A DNA stretch of 64,000 nt from Piromyces finnis finn (GCA_002104945.1 MCFH01000075.1:158366-222365), one strand, 5' to 3'. Counted from the first letter of the stretch, positions 12,729-25,668 are shown. A program made the numbers and translations. The notes: generated by a model not told the origin, from the sequence alone.

Positions 12729-15700
12729 ATGAAAAAACAATTGTACAGTAACGAAGACTTGATAGTTCAGGTTCAAAATTATTTAAAAAAAATTTTAGCA
12801 GAAACTGGCTCAAGACAAAAGAGCTTGAAAGAGTCAATAAATGCAACACTTGATATTTTAAAAGAAGATTTAAAATTAGTACAGGAACAAAAAGGTCAAT
12901 TAGTAAATCAAGTAGACGAAACAGAAGCGGAAAGTAATAACGACGATACCACTAATTTACCCGAAGATAACAATGAAGATTTAGAAAAACAAGATAGAAC
13001 TACTGAAATTAGTAATATTACAGAAATTGAAGTAAAACCAGTTCCACTTATTGGGTAAAGTTTATAAATATATTAGTAATAAAACAATTTTTTTTATTAA
13101 ATTATGAAATTTTGATTTTATTATAAATCATTTAAATTTAATATAGAGCTGAAAAATATTGGGAACCATTTAAATTAGCATGTAATCCAAAAAACACTGT
13201 TAAAATAAGAGAACTTGCTTTAGATGCTCTTCAATATTTAATTTCACATCGCATGTTAACTGGTTCAACCCCATTAGATATAAATCAAGAACCAATACAA
13301 ACACCAAATATTACATCTGGAATTATTAAAGATATTAAGAATAGTGAAAATGAAGAAACATTAACTCAAAATTCAAATGCTAGTGTAGTATCTGAATCTG
13401 AACCAACTACACCAACTGATAAAAATACTAAAAATCCTCAATATCCATCTCCAGCATTTTTAATTGATGAAATTATACATGTTATTTGTTCATCATTTAC
13501 ATTGGCACCAGCCGATGAAACAGTTCAATTGAGGGTTTTAAAAGCTTTGTTAACATCAGTTACTTCAACATCATGTGAAGTTCATCATGTTACCCTTTTA
13601 AAGTTAATTCAAACCTGTTTTAATATATACATATATTCAAAAAATTCTAACAATCAAATTACTTCAAAAGCTGTTCTTACTCAAATGATTAATTTAGTAT
13701 TTTCACGTATGGAACGTTATTCATATGTTCTTTCAAAACACATTGAAAATGGTACTTTATTAAAAATTTCAAAGAATACACCATTAAGAGAAGTTGTTGA
13801 GCAATTCTCTGATTTCCCAAAAGACACCCAATCAAATCAAACTGATGATCAAAATATACCTCAAGATACAACTGAGATTGATTCTCATATTAAAAATACC
13901 CAAGATGAAAATTCACAAGTTATTCATGAAAATGAAAATATAAATGAGAAGACTGATACTGCTTCAGAAGAACATGGTAAAAAGAACACATCAAAGATAC
14001 ATATTAAAACTCATTCAACTTCATATTCTGTAAGTAGTATAACTACTTCTAATTCAGCTCGTAATCCATATGATCCAACAATTGCATATTATAATGAGTT
14101 ATTAAGAAAAGACGTTTTTCTTGTTTTTAGATTACTTTGTCAATTATCTCTTTTTAAGGATAATGGTCAAGCTGTATCATTTAATAATAATATTTCAACT
14201 TCACAAAGTTCAGTAGATCTTTCACCTACTTCTATTAGAGCTAGAACTATTGCTCTTGAATTAATTTTATCAATTATAACTAACTCTGGTCCTGTTTTCC
14301 AAAAAGATCCATTATACTGTGATATGATTAAAAATTATCTTTGCATTTCAATTTCTAAAAATGGTATTTCTGAAAATCCACTTGTTTTTGAATTAAGTTT
14401 ATCTATTTTTATTATGATGCTTAGATTCTATAAGGCTCAATTAAAGTCTGAAATTGAAGTTATTCTCAATACTATTTATCTTCACATTTTAGATATGGGT
14501 AGTGCTAGTTTTATTCAAAAGAAAAAACTTTTAGAAGGTCTTTTAAAGGTTTGTGAAAATCCTCAAACTCTTGTTGATATTTATTTAAATTATGATTGTG
14601 ACTTAAATTTAGAAAGTATTTTTGAAAAATTAATTAATTCTTGTGCTCGTGTTGCCCAAGGTCATGGCCTTAAAAAAAGCAGTAAAAACTCAAACCAAAG
14701 CGAAATTTCTATTCAACAAGAAACTGAACTTCGTATTTGTAGTACAAAATGTTTAGTTTCTATTATCAACTCTATGGTTGAATGGTCAAAAGAAATACAA
14801 CCATCTGGTGATTTCTCAAATGATCTTAGTTTAAATACAATTGATGATGAAGTTGAAAATATTTCAGAAGGTACTTTAAATAACCATAAAGAAAAGAAAA
14901 GAGGATCTAATGTTAGTAGTGCTGCTTCTTCTTCCCTTAATTTACAAGCTTTAAAGGAAGAAGGTAAAACTATTGGGGTTCAAAGAAATAGTTCTACATC
15001 TAATTTAAGTACTTATTCTAATGCTAATTCAGCTAGTTTTAGGGATGCATTACTTCCACAAAATCAAATTCACAATGTCTTAATTTATAAGAATCCATTA
15101 GGATCTATTTCTTTAAATGATATTAGTCGTCAAAATAATAACCAACAAGTACAATCCAGTATGTCCAGTGAAGCTCTTAATACTAAGTTTGAAGAGGTTC
15201 TCTCAAAAAAGCATGCTCTCACTAAGGGTATTAATCTTTTCAATATTAGACCAAAGAAGGGTATTGAATTTTTAATTAATGAGGGCTTTTTAACTAGAGA
15301 TTTAGATGCTATTAGTCAATTCCTTCATAATACTTCTGGTCTTAATAAGGCTGCTATTGGTGAATATTTAGGTGAGGGTGATGAATTTAACATTCAACTT
15401 ATGCATAAATTTGTTGATGCTATGGACTTTTATGATCTTCCATTTGTTGGAGCTATTAGAAAATTCTTACAATCTTTCCGTTTACCAGGTGAATCACAAA
15501 AGATTGATCGTTTAATGGAAAAGTTTGCTGATCGTTACTGTGATAATAATCCAGATGTTTTCGCAAATGCTGATACTGCCTATACATTAGCTTTTTCTGT
15601 TATTATGTTAAACACTGATCAACACTCCTCACAAATAAAGAATAGAATGGAAAAATCTGATTTTATTAAGAACAATAGAGGTATTAATAATAATGCAGAT

Positions 15701-18700
15701 TTACCAGATGAATTCCTTTCAGATATTTTTGATGAAATTGCTAATAATGAAATTGTTATGGAAGAAGAACAAGCTAGTAAAATTGCAAGAATTGCAAAGG
15801 GTCAACTCTTAACCGAACAAGAACGTAAGGAACTTTACCACAAAGAAATGGAAAAGATTCAAAAACTTAGTCAAGAATTGATTAAGGGTGGTTCCAATAA
15901 CAAACGCAATGTTGATAAATACAAGATTGCTACTCAACGTGAAATTGTTAAGCCAATGTTTAGTGCTTCATGGTGCCCAATTATGGCTACACTTAGTTTA
16001 ATTTTTGAAGACATTGATTACAATTATGAAAATGTTAGTGATGTTCGTAAAACTCGTGAAAATAATGAAATTTTAAGTGAACTTTGCCTTTTAGGTATTT
16101 CAGGTTCTATTAGAATTGCTAGTATATTTAACATGGCTATTGAAAGAAATGCTTTTATTTCAACTCTTACTAAGATGTCTGGTCTTTTCAATATTAATAT
16201 TTCTAGTATCAGACCAAAGAATATTAAAGCAATTGAAATTTTAATTCAATTAGCTGCTACTTATGGCGAGTACTTTGATGATAATTGGTATGATTTCTTT
16301 ATTTGCCTTTCTCAAATAGAAAGAATTCAATATTTATATAAGCGTCAAAATCCAAATAGTAACGATAAAAATGCTGAAGGATCTGATCCAGTTTCAAATC
16401 CATCTAGCCCAATTGTTCCAGAACCAATTATTCCAAGAACTGTTTACATGGATTCATTAATGGAAAAGATTAATTCTCAATCTATAGTAATTTTAATTGA
16501 TAAGGTCTTTTCTAATACTGTTTTATTGAGTGGTACAGAAATAGTTCATTTCTGTAAATGTCTTTGTGATGTATCATTAGAAGAAGTTCAATTAAATAAA
16601 AAGCCAAGCCGTATGTCTGCTAGTATTTCCTCATCACTCCCAAGAATGTATTCACTTCAAAAAATTGTTGAAATTACCTATTATAATATGGATAGAATTC
16701 GTTTGGAATTTGCTAAAATTTGGAATATTATTCAACAACACTTTGTTATGGTTGGTTGTCATACAGATATGAATGTTGCATCTTTTGCTATTGATTCTTT
16801 ACGTCAATTGACTATGAAATATCTTGAACGTTCTGAATTAACTCACTATCAAACTCAAAATGAATTCTTAAAGGGTTTTGATAGTATTATGCGTAAAACC
16901 GAATCAGTTGATATTAAGGAAATGATTATTCAAAGTATGTCTCATATTGTTTCCCTTCAAGTTGATAATATTCGTAGTGGTTGGAAGGGTATTTTCACAG
17001 TTCTTTCTCGTTCTGCTCAAAATAATAATAGTTTAAGTATTTTAGAAAACTCATTTAATTTAATGCAAGACATATTCCGTAGTTATAGTGACAAGGTTAT
17101 TTCATCAGGTTCTTTTGTATCTTTTGTTACTAGTTTAAAGGACTTTTTACTTATTGATCAAGTTACTCCAATTGGTGAACGTATTATTATCAGTACTTTC
17201 ACTTTACTTCAAGATTGTGTAAATCAAATTTCAGCTGCAAATCTTATTAAATCTAGAAGGGCTGAAAGCAAGAAAAATCTAATTAAAGAAAAATCCGAAG
17301 TTGATAGTAATATTGAAGTTGAAGAAGATAGTAGTACCATTAAGGCTTTATTACAGATTTCAACTGAAGATCAATACTATTTAATGTGGTTCCCAATTCT
17401 TTCTACTTATTCCCAAATTTTAATAAGATCCAACAATTCCACTGTAAAGAATCGTGCTTTAACTAGTTTATTTGATACTCTTGAAACCCTTGCTTCCACC
17501 TTATTTGATTCAAACTTCTGGAAGAATATTCAAAGAAGTGTTATTTTCCCTATCTTTGAAGATTTAATGGAACATGATGAAAATGATACTAATGGTAATC
17601 CATATGATTCTGAAATGATGGTTCCATCAGCTGAAAATCTTGAAAATTCATCCAAGATTCAAAATGAGGATCAAAACTTTACTTCTTCTTCTGCATTATG
17701 GACAAATGTCTTTTTACGCCTTTTAGATTTATTTAAACATCACATTCCTTCATTTAGCGAACATTCATATCTTATTAGTGGTTTTCTTGATCTAATTGTA
17801 AGTTTAGTTCAAAAGCCTCGTGATGAATTACAAAATATGGGTGTAACCTTTTTACAGCAATTTTTACAAGAAAATGTTGAAAAAATTAGAGGGGATAATA
17901 TTTGGAAAATTGTCACATCTGCTGTTGAAAAATGTTTTATTTTTACTGCTCCAGATGAAGAGGCCATGAATAAATCATCCGTAAGAGGTAATAAAGAAGC
18001 TTTGAAGAAGACTATGGAACAGATGACTGCAAAATATATTGTTCACCTTCGTCTTTTACAAGAAGTACATAAATTCTGTAATATATTAGTTCATCATCGT
18101 TTAGATGAAGAAGAAGGTGACGTTTTTATCGATGAAAAACATAAAAATATAATTTTTGATCATTTAAATAAACCCGAGTACTCTGAAGTTCCAATGATTT
18201 CAGTTATTCCAATTCCATACCAAACCCAATGGCTTAACCTCTTTTATAACTCTTACAAAACTTGTCATAGCTTGAATGAAGCTAAGATTCTTCAGTTATC
18301 TTCCTATCAACAACAAGGTATTACCGAACATATTCCATTGTTAATTGAAGTTATCAGTTTTTCATCGTATCTTCAACTTCTCTTCTGTATCTATTCCGTA
18401 TACGGTGACAGTCGTGTTAACTCTAAAGATATTATTGATAACAAACTTATTCCATTATGTATGGCAATTTTGAAATCTTTTGTTCGTTCAGAGTTAGAAT
18501 CAAAGTATCAAAGCAAGATTCTTACTATTGTTAAAATGATTTATGAAGAAATTATGAAGATTTCAGGATGGCAACATGCTCCAGGATCTAATAAGAAATT
18601 AACTTTGAAAGATAACGACAGTAATCTTTCCTTAGGTAGCATTGAAAATATTATTAGTAATGAAACTGTATATTCTAATGAATTACAGTCTACAGGAAAT

Positions 18701-18977
18701 GCTATCAATACTACTAATGATACAGAGGGTACCTCCTCCCCATCCTCCTTACCTGTTGATAATAATCAAACTAATGAAGAATCCAATAAAATTGACTATC
18801 CAGAATTATGGGATGGAATAAGGAAAGAAATTCCAAGTTTCTTTAAATATTCTATTCCAATTGTTCAAATTATCAGTAACAGTAGAAATATTAATAACAA
18901 TACCAACTATGCAGCTCAATTAGCTGATTTATCTCATACTATAAAAGAATTTTACGAAATTGTAGCTTATAATTTTA

Positions 18978-18982
<5 letters not shown>
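12729..18982 (+). CDS. SEC7: Sec7/BIG-family large Arf guanine-nucleotide exchange factor; 2 exons (12729-13054, 13147-18982), ~2053 aa
   Basis: DCB region (AEKYWEPFKLAC; ETVQLRVLKALLT), HUS box (LVDIYLNYDCD), Sec7 domain with glutamic finger (FRLPGESQKIDRLMEKFADRYC; AYTLAFSVIMLNTD) and HDS domains (YSLQKIVEITYYNMDRIR). Confidence 0.95.
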
Positions 18983-19012
<30 letters not shown>

Positions 19013-19084
19013 AAATTAATAGTATTAACGAAATCCAATGTTAACAGCAATAAAATTAAAAATTTTAATACAAATTAAAATAAT

Positions 19085-19116
19085 CTCCTTCCTCCTCTCC
19101 TTCCTCCTCTCCTTCC
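19085..19116. repeat. 12-bp polypyrimidine tandem repeat (CTCCTTCCTCCT) x~2.7
   Basis: Direct reading; lies about 100 bp after the SEC7 stop codon. Confidence 0.75.
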
Positions 19117-19851
19117 CTTTTCCATTTTATATGTACACTCTATACTACAGTACAGTAATATTTAATCGAATAAAACATGTACTTATACCTACATTTAAAT
19201 ATTAATAGAATTTAGTAATATACTACAATAACAACAACAACAACAACAACTACTATTAATACAACTATCAGTAATAAAGAAAATAACAGAAAAAAAAAAA
19301 AAAAAAAAAAAAAGCTAACGAACAACTATACAATGCAAAGATAAATTCAACCTTCATATATTATTTTCTCATATATTGTATTTTTATAAATGATAAAATA
19401 AACAAAAGGATATAATCCAATATTTTTATTTTTTCATATTATATTATAAAAAACAAATAAACAAAGACAAAAACAAAAACAAAAACAAAAACAAACAAAC
19501 AAACAAACAAAAAAAAACATACAATAAATAATAATAATAATAATAGAAATAATACAAATAAATAAAAATAACAAAAAATAATAATAGTAAAGGAAAACAA
19601 CAACAACTATAGAAATGAAAACAATAAATATATAAAAAATAGAAAAAAAAAAAAAAAAAAAAAAGTCATAGAAAGACATTTTTATTCATCAATTTTTTTT
19701 TTCTTTATATTATAAAAATAAATTTATATTAATGTTTTTAAATATCCATACATATATTTTTATTCTTTTAAACATAATAATAAAATAATAATAATAATAA
19801 AAAAATTTTTTTTCTTTCTTTTTCCTTTATATTTTTTATTTAAATAATTAT

Positions 19852-19893
<42 letters not shown>

Positions 19894-20096
19894 GGCATCA
19901 AATATTTTAAACTTTATTATTAATTTAATTAAAATTATAATACATGTAATAAAAAATTAAAAAATAAAAATAAAAATAAAAAAAATATGTTTAAATAAAC
20001 ACAAATGAATAAAATTTGGGTATAATGTATTCTAGTAATTTTAATTAAAGTAAGAAAGCCACTATCATACTAAAGTATAATAATTGTATTTGACTT

Positions 20097-20421
20097 CCAA
20101 TGGGACACCGAGCCAAAGATCAAAATTTTGTCATGGAACAAAATTATGATCTCCATTGGTTGCGCTGGCCCTCCTGGCCTGTCTTACTGTTTCTTCAGCA
20201 TTGACGCTCTTGGATGTTGCTTCAAACCTTTTGAACATTGACCATTGCTGGCCAATAGCAAAAGGCATGATTTTGGTTAGAAGTTCCGCGGTTACCGTCA
20301 AGAATGGTGTTCCTTCGTTAGTATCAGATTGAATCTGACGCTTACAAAGTTCTTTCCATTCCCTTGAATTGTAATTAATATTGTTAAAACTTCTTCCCCC
20401 AAGAAGGAATTTAAATATTTT
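20097..20421. ncRNA. Candidate structured ncRNA, or foreign/TE-derived remnant; family unassigned
   Basis: Hand count gives 125/300 GC (~42%) for 20101-20400 amid near-pure AT flanks. Several inverted repeats are present, e.g. GATCAAAATTTTGT/ACAAAATTATGATC, CCAATGG/CCATTGG, TCAGAT/ATCTGA. The overlapping 109-aa ORF resembles no protein I recognise. Confidence 0.3.
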
Positions 20422-21071
20422 ACTGCACACACTAGAATAATCATACACATTAATATTCACCGGATTATTAGAACTATTACTATCATTAACTAAATTACTA
20501 TCTAAATTAGAATTATTATCTTCACTATTGCTATCATTACTAATATTATTATTTCTATTATTGTTATTATTACTATTGTTATTATTACTATTTCTATTAT
20601 AAATAATTATAAATTCCTACTGAAAAGTATTTATTAACATAAGCAAGATGTTAAAAAAATATGATTATATACTTTTTTCTTTTAGTGTATAAATTGGTAA
20701 TACAATGCCTCTTTAAAGAATGAAATGTTTTTTTTTTATTTTGGATTGGATAAACTGAATATAAAAAATTAAAAATTAAATAAAATGACAGAATCATGAT
20801 AATAAAATTTTGATAGAATTTTATTACATAACTAATATATTTCATTATTAAAACATGATCAAATTCACTTTTTCTAAAACTTTAAAAAATTACCAAAAAA
20901 TCTTAATAACCTTAATATAAATTATTTCCATTCCCATTACTATCATATTAGAATCACACATTTTAATAAATAATAATCTTTTATATTTAATTCAACTTTT
21001 ATTTAAGTTTTCTGAATCGAAACATATATAATAAACACATATATGTTTTTATACATAATAATGTAATTAAT

Positions 21072-22034
21072 CTAGTTACGACGACCACGACGACCACCCT
21101 TTCTTCTGGTAGAGTCAGTTGGAATTGGAGTAACATCTTCAATTCTACCGATCTTCATACCAGCTCTAGCTAAGGCTCTGATGGCAGCTTGACCACCTGG
21201 ACCTGGGGTCTTGGTACCAACACCACCAGTAGCTCTGAGCTTAATGTGGACGGCGTTAATACCGAGTTCTTGGCAACGGGCAACAACATCTTGGCAAGCT
21301 AACATAGCAGCGTATGGAGAAGATTCATCACGATCAGCCTTAACCTTCATACCACCTATTTTTTTTTAAAATTTAAATTTACACAGAAAGATTATCAATT
21401 TCAATTCTTTTTAAAAAATTAAGTCTATCAGAGTATGTGTTTTCAGCACTAATCCGATGTGACTTTATCATTTTTTTATAATTGTTTAATTTCTAATCTT
21501 TTCATTTAAAAAAAAGTACTGCTTTCTTTTTTTTTTGATTTAGATAATTAAAACAATTCAACCACAATCTGAAAATTTATGCCACATAACATTGTTCTGA
21601 ATTTTCCACATTAACTGATAGACAAATCAACAATAATATTGTATTTGTAAAACAATTATTTACCAGTAACTCTGACAAGGGTTTCTCTACCAGTTAAATC
21701 AGTAACGTGCTATTATTTAGAATATTATGTATTTAAACATAATAAATAATATTAATATTAACAAATTGTTTTACTCATTATATTACTATTATCATTACTT
21801 ACAATGAAGGTATCGTTGAAACCGGCGTAGATGTGACAGACACCGAAGACAATTTCTCCTTCCTTGACCTTTGGACCAAGTTGAACGACTTCTTGTTGTT
21901 TGGTAGCTTTACCGGCACGCTTGGACTATTATTTTAAATAATAATAATATAAATTCATTTAATATTTATTATCAAAATAAAAAAAATTCATCCATCCATT
22001 AATAATTTTTAATATTATTATCAAAACATACCAT
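21072..22034 (-). CDS. RPS14: 40S ribosomal protein S14 (uS11); 4 coding exons (22034-22032 ATG only, 21925-21803, 21709-21664, 21355-21072), 151 aa
   Basis: Spliced product [77 protein letters not shown]...[26 protein letters not shown]. Codon bias is typical of a highly expressed gene. Confidence 0.97.
21423..21623 (-). promoter_or_regulatory. Long imperfect RNA hairpin in RPS14 intron 3 (candidate cis-regulatory element)
   Basis: Nested complementary blocks in the transcript: GUCUAUCAG/CUGAUAGAC, AUGUG/CACAU, UUCAG/CUGAA, AUGUGGC/GUCACAU, and AAUUGUUUUAAUUAUCUA/UAGAAAUUAAACAAUU. Confidence 0.6.
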
Positions 22035-22412
22035 TATTACTAATTTTTTATTATAAAATCAAGAGAGATTACTAACCGTATTAAGGTCAAGTTACTAATA
22101 TTCATATGAAAAAAAATTATCCAATCATGAACCCATTATCGATCCAATAAAATTTATGTATTAATCAAAATTTCAATTCATAATATAAAAATCAAGAGAT
22201 TTTTATTATATAAAAATGTAAAAAAAAAATTTAATTATTTATTACAAATACAAAAATCTAATATTGAAATGTACATTATAAATACATAAATACAATATAT
22301 CATAAAATTATTGATTATATAAATCGTTAAATATTGGGAAAAACTATTTAATATTATTATAAAGTTGTATCATATATAAATAGATCTATTAATCTATAAA
22401 AAAATAATCAAT

Positions 22413-22417
<5 letters not shown>

Positions 22418-22453
<36 letters not shown>
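22418..22453. repeat. (AAT)12 microsatellite
   Basis: Direct reading. Confidence 0.9.
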
Positions 22454-22460
<7 letters not shown>

Positions 22461-22553
22461 AGAAAATTTAGAAATAATAAATATACTTTTTTTTTTCTTT
22501 TTTTACATTTAGCCTTTTTTTAATTATTAAATAAATGTAAGAGTGTAGTGTTA

Positions 22554-25500
22554 TTAAGAAAGATTATTTACTTCTTCAACTAATAAATCCCTTTCAGATT
22601 TTAATGAAGTAATTTGGTTATTAAGATAGTCAATATTCTTTTGTTTTACAAATACTTTTTCTAAATCTGTTTTGTTTGTTTCAAGGATGGTTTTAATAAA
22701 TTTAAATTGGTCTTTTAAGTCTGTATCATTACAAAGAGTATCGGTACTACCAATAATAGTTTGAATTCTTATTAAACTATTATTTATAGAACTAACCAAT
22801 TCTAAGGTTGCGTTTCTAGTATCCATTGAATTGAGGTTCATGGATGAGGATGTTAATCTTGATAAAGAATTTTGTTTGGATAACAAATTCATGCTACTAT
22901 TATATTTACTTACTTCTTTGAGTACCCTCTTTAAACTACTTTCGATACCTACAATTCTAGAGTTATCAATGGAGGCTTCACGATCAAGACTAACATTACT
23001 GTATCTTAAGTTTGCTACATTTTGATAATCTATGTACTCTACAGTTGTTGGATCAACAGCACACTTTAAAGAATTAGAATAGGTATTGATGATAATCTTT
23101 AATTCATCCATACGATTTTCAAGACTAGCTAAATCGTTCTTCTTTTCATCTTGATCTTCTATCATGAATTTTCTAATTTTTTCGGTTATTACTGTTAATA
23201 AATGTTGTTGGAAGAAGTTAATTTTATCATTCATAGCTTTAATAAGTTCAACGGTAATGTCATGATTTGATTGTTCTTGACCCTTAACCCTAGAAATTCT
23301 TGTTTCAATGTCTGATAAGGCAATTCTTACATCTCTCATAAACTTTTCGTAGTCATTAAGGATGAATGAATTACTGTTTGAGACGTTTGCTGCTGATGAA
23401 GATTTAGTATTCATTTCAATATATTCATAGAGTTCATCAAGTTTTCTTGATAGATCATCATTTGCGATATTAATATAATTTTTACTTTCCATATTATTAC
23501 ATTCAAGTTGAGTCATCATTCTATTAACTAATTTATGATTTGCATCTTGTTTAGCATTCATTTTTTCGGCAGCTGCTGTACAAAGTTCTAATAGCTTAAC
23601 TTGTCGTTCATTCATAGCGTTCATTTCTTTTGTCATGACATCTAATTTGCTTTCTAATTTTTCATCTAGAATTTTTTTAAAGGTAATTTCCATAGATTCT
23701 GGAATTTCCTTAGCAAAACGTTGTACTTCAGTACGGATTTCACTTAAACATTCTGCTTGAGTACCATTTTCTTCACTCATTCTTTGAACCTTTTCTTGAG
23801 ATTCATCTACCATTTTTGCTAATTCTTGAGTTCTCTTTTCTACCATATCCTTTAAGGAATTTAAGGTTTCACTAAGGGCATATTGACCTTCTTCGTTCTT
23901 TTGAGTGGATTCTTTAACTTCACCAGAATAACAATCTATTTTTTCATTTAATTTTTTAATGCCATTTGTGAAGATATCCTCGATTTTTTCTTGTTCACTG
24001 ACCTTATTGTAGATCTTATCTAAGTTTTTGGTCATATTTTGGTTTAAATTTTTAATATGCATATTATTATTAGTAATTTGTTGGTTTGAATTTTCTAATT
24101 TGAAAAGAGAAAGTTCATCCTTTAATCTTGTAACTTCTCCTTCTAATTGTTTATTTGTTTCTTCTAAAGATTTAACATTTTTTTTATAATACTCTACTAA
24201 TTCCATGAGTCTGCTATTTTCCGCTCTTAGGTTAGATTCAGTAGTATGTAAATTATTAACTTCTTGTTGTAATAAATCATAAGCAGGTTTTGAAATTCTT
24301 GGTAGAAGTTGTTTAATTGCACTAATCCATTTTTCGGTATTTTCGTGTGAATTAGTGGCAAGATGCAAATCATGTTTTCTAAGATATAATTTAAATTCAT
24401 AACGTTGGGAGGAATAACTATTTACTGAAGTTGAATAATTAATATCTGTACATTCTGATAAATCAATGGTAGAACATGGTTGAGATAAGTTATCCTGTAT
24501 AGTTATAAATTAATTAATTAATTAATATTTTGAAACATAAATATTTATCAATTTTAGTATGCTTGAACAAAAAACTCAATTTTTTTTTTTTTATAGATAA
24601 TCTAATGATACTTACATGTTCACTTTTATAGAAACATAAAATACCAGCTTTTGAATTTCTCTTTTTAGCAATCATATAATATTTTTTAAAATTCTAAAGG
24701 ATAATTAAATATCAAAATATTATTTGTTTAATTAGTTATTATATTTTTAATTATGAAAATAATTGAAAATATAAAATATATAAATAATTTAATAAAAATT
24801 TCGTACTTGGAGTTGTTTTTTACGAAGAACCCATCCTTCCATTATAGTCTTTTTATTTTTTTGTATGTGTATTTGTGTATATAAATAAAATGAATTTAAA
24901 GTAACGAAAAAAAAAAGAAAAGACCAAATATATATAAATATTATATAATTTAATATTTTATTTTTTTTTTAATGATAAACTAAATTAAAAATAAAAGAAT
25001 CAAGCTTTAATTTTATTATTATTATTATTATTTTTTTTACCTCTGATGTGGATAAATTTAGAGTTCCACTATAAGCTATATTTGAAGTTGAACTTAAATT
25101 TGTGTTGGAATTCAAAGAATCATCAGTGTAGGAATTGTTTTTATTTATGGATCCAATATTTGAATTAAAGGTACCGAAATCATTTTCTGATTCATCATCT
25201 ATATTTGTATATGAATCATTAGCATCATTTATTGTTGTACCTTCTACCGATGTACCTTTTGAATTACTAATATCCATTTGTGAAGCTGCCATTGACATAT
25301 CAACTAATGATCTTTATATATATGTATATGTATAAATTAGTATAACTTTATGTCTTTAATTTTTACTGCTATTAAATTTAATTAAGCTTAATATATTAAA
25401 AATAATAATAATAATATAATAATTTTTTTTTTTTAATCTTTATCTATATATTTTATTTAAAAATAATCAATAAATTAAAAAAAGGAAGAAATTATAATCA

Positions 25501-25668
25501 TTACTTTGTATATTTTTGTGATTTTTGTTTTATTAATGTTCCATTACGAGAAGCCTTGATTACAACAGGTGGTTTTGAACTGTTATCCACAGTCGAACTA
25601 GAATTTTGATTATCAATTGAATTATTTGGTGCTGTTTTTGCAGCCAAGTATGAATTTAAAGTACTCAT
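22554..25668 (-). CDS. PH-domain plus long coiled-coil protein of unknown family; 5 exons (25668-25505, 25311-25041, 24848-24807, 24693-24616, 24494-22554), ~831 aa
   Basis: In-frame GT-AG splicing gives TIMEGWVLRKKQLQNFKKYYMIAKK...GILCFYKSEH...STIDLSEC...YEFKL...HLATNSHENTEKWISAIKQL, a PH fold with the conserved C-terminal Trp. About 580 aa of heptad-rich sequence follows. The C-terminal end is uncertain because of a possible donor at GAA|GTAAAT. Confidence 0.75.

Noticed and set aside
18980-19011. Long A run immediately at the SEC7 stop, suggesting a retrocopy
   Set aside because: The gene has a normal intron, and long A/T homopolymers are ubiquitous in this window.
20200-20310. Short matches in the GC island to the U5 loop 1 (GCCUUUUGC), U14 domain B (CUUGGAUGU) and 16S rRNA (CUUGACGGUA)
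   Set aside because: Each is 9-10 nt and lacks the required flanking stems or boxes, so chance matches are likely.
21423-21475. Box C/D snoRNA reading of the RPS14 intron (AUGAUAA...CUGA...CUGA)
   Set aside because: The C-to-D span is only about 45 nt, box C is non-consensus, I could not identify an rRNA target, and the CUGA motifs are explained by the long-range pairing. An Rfam scan is still warranted.
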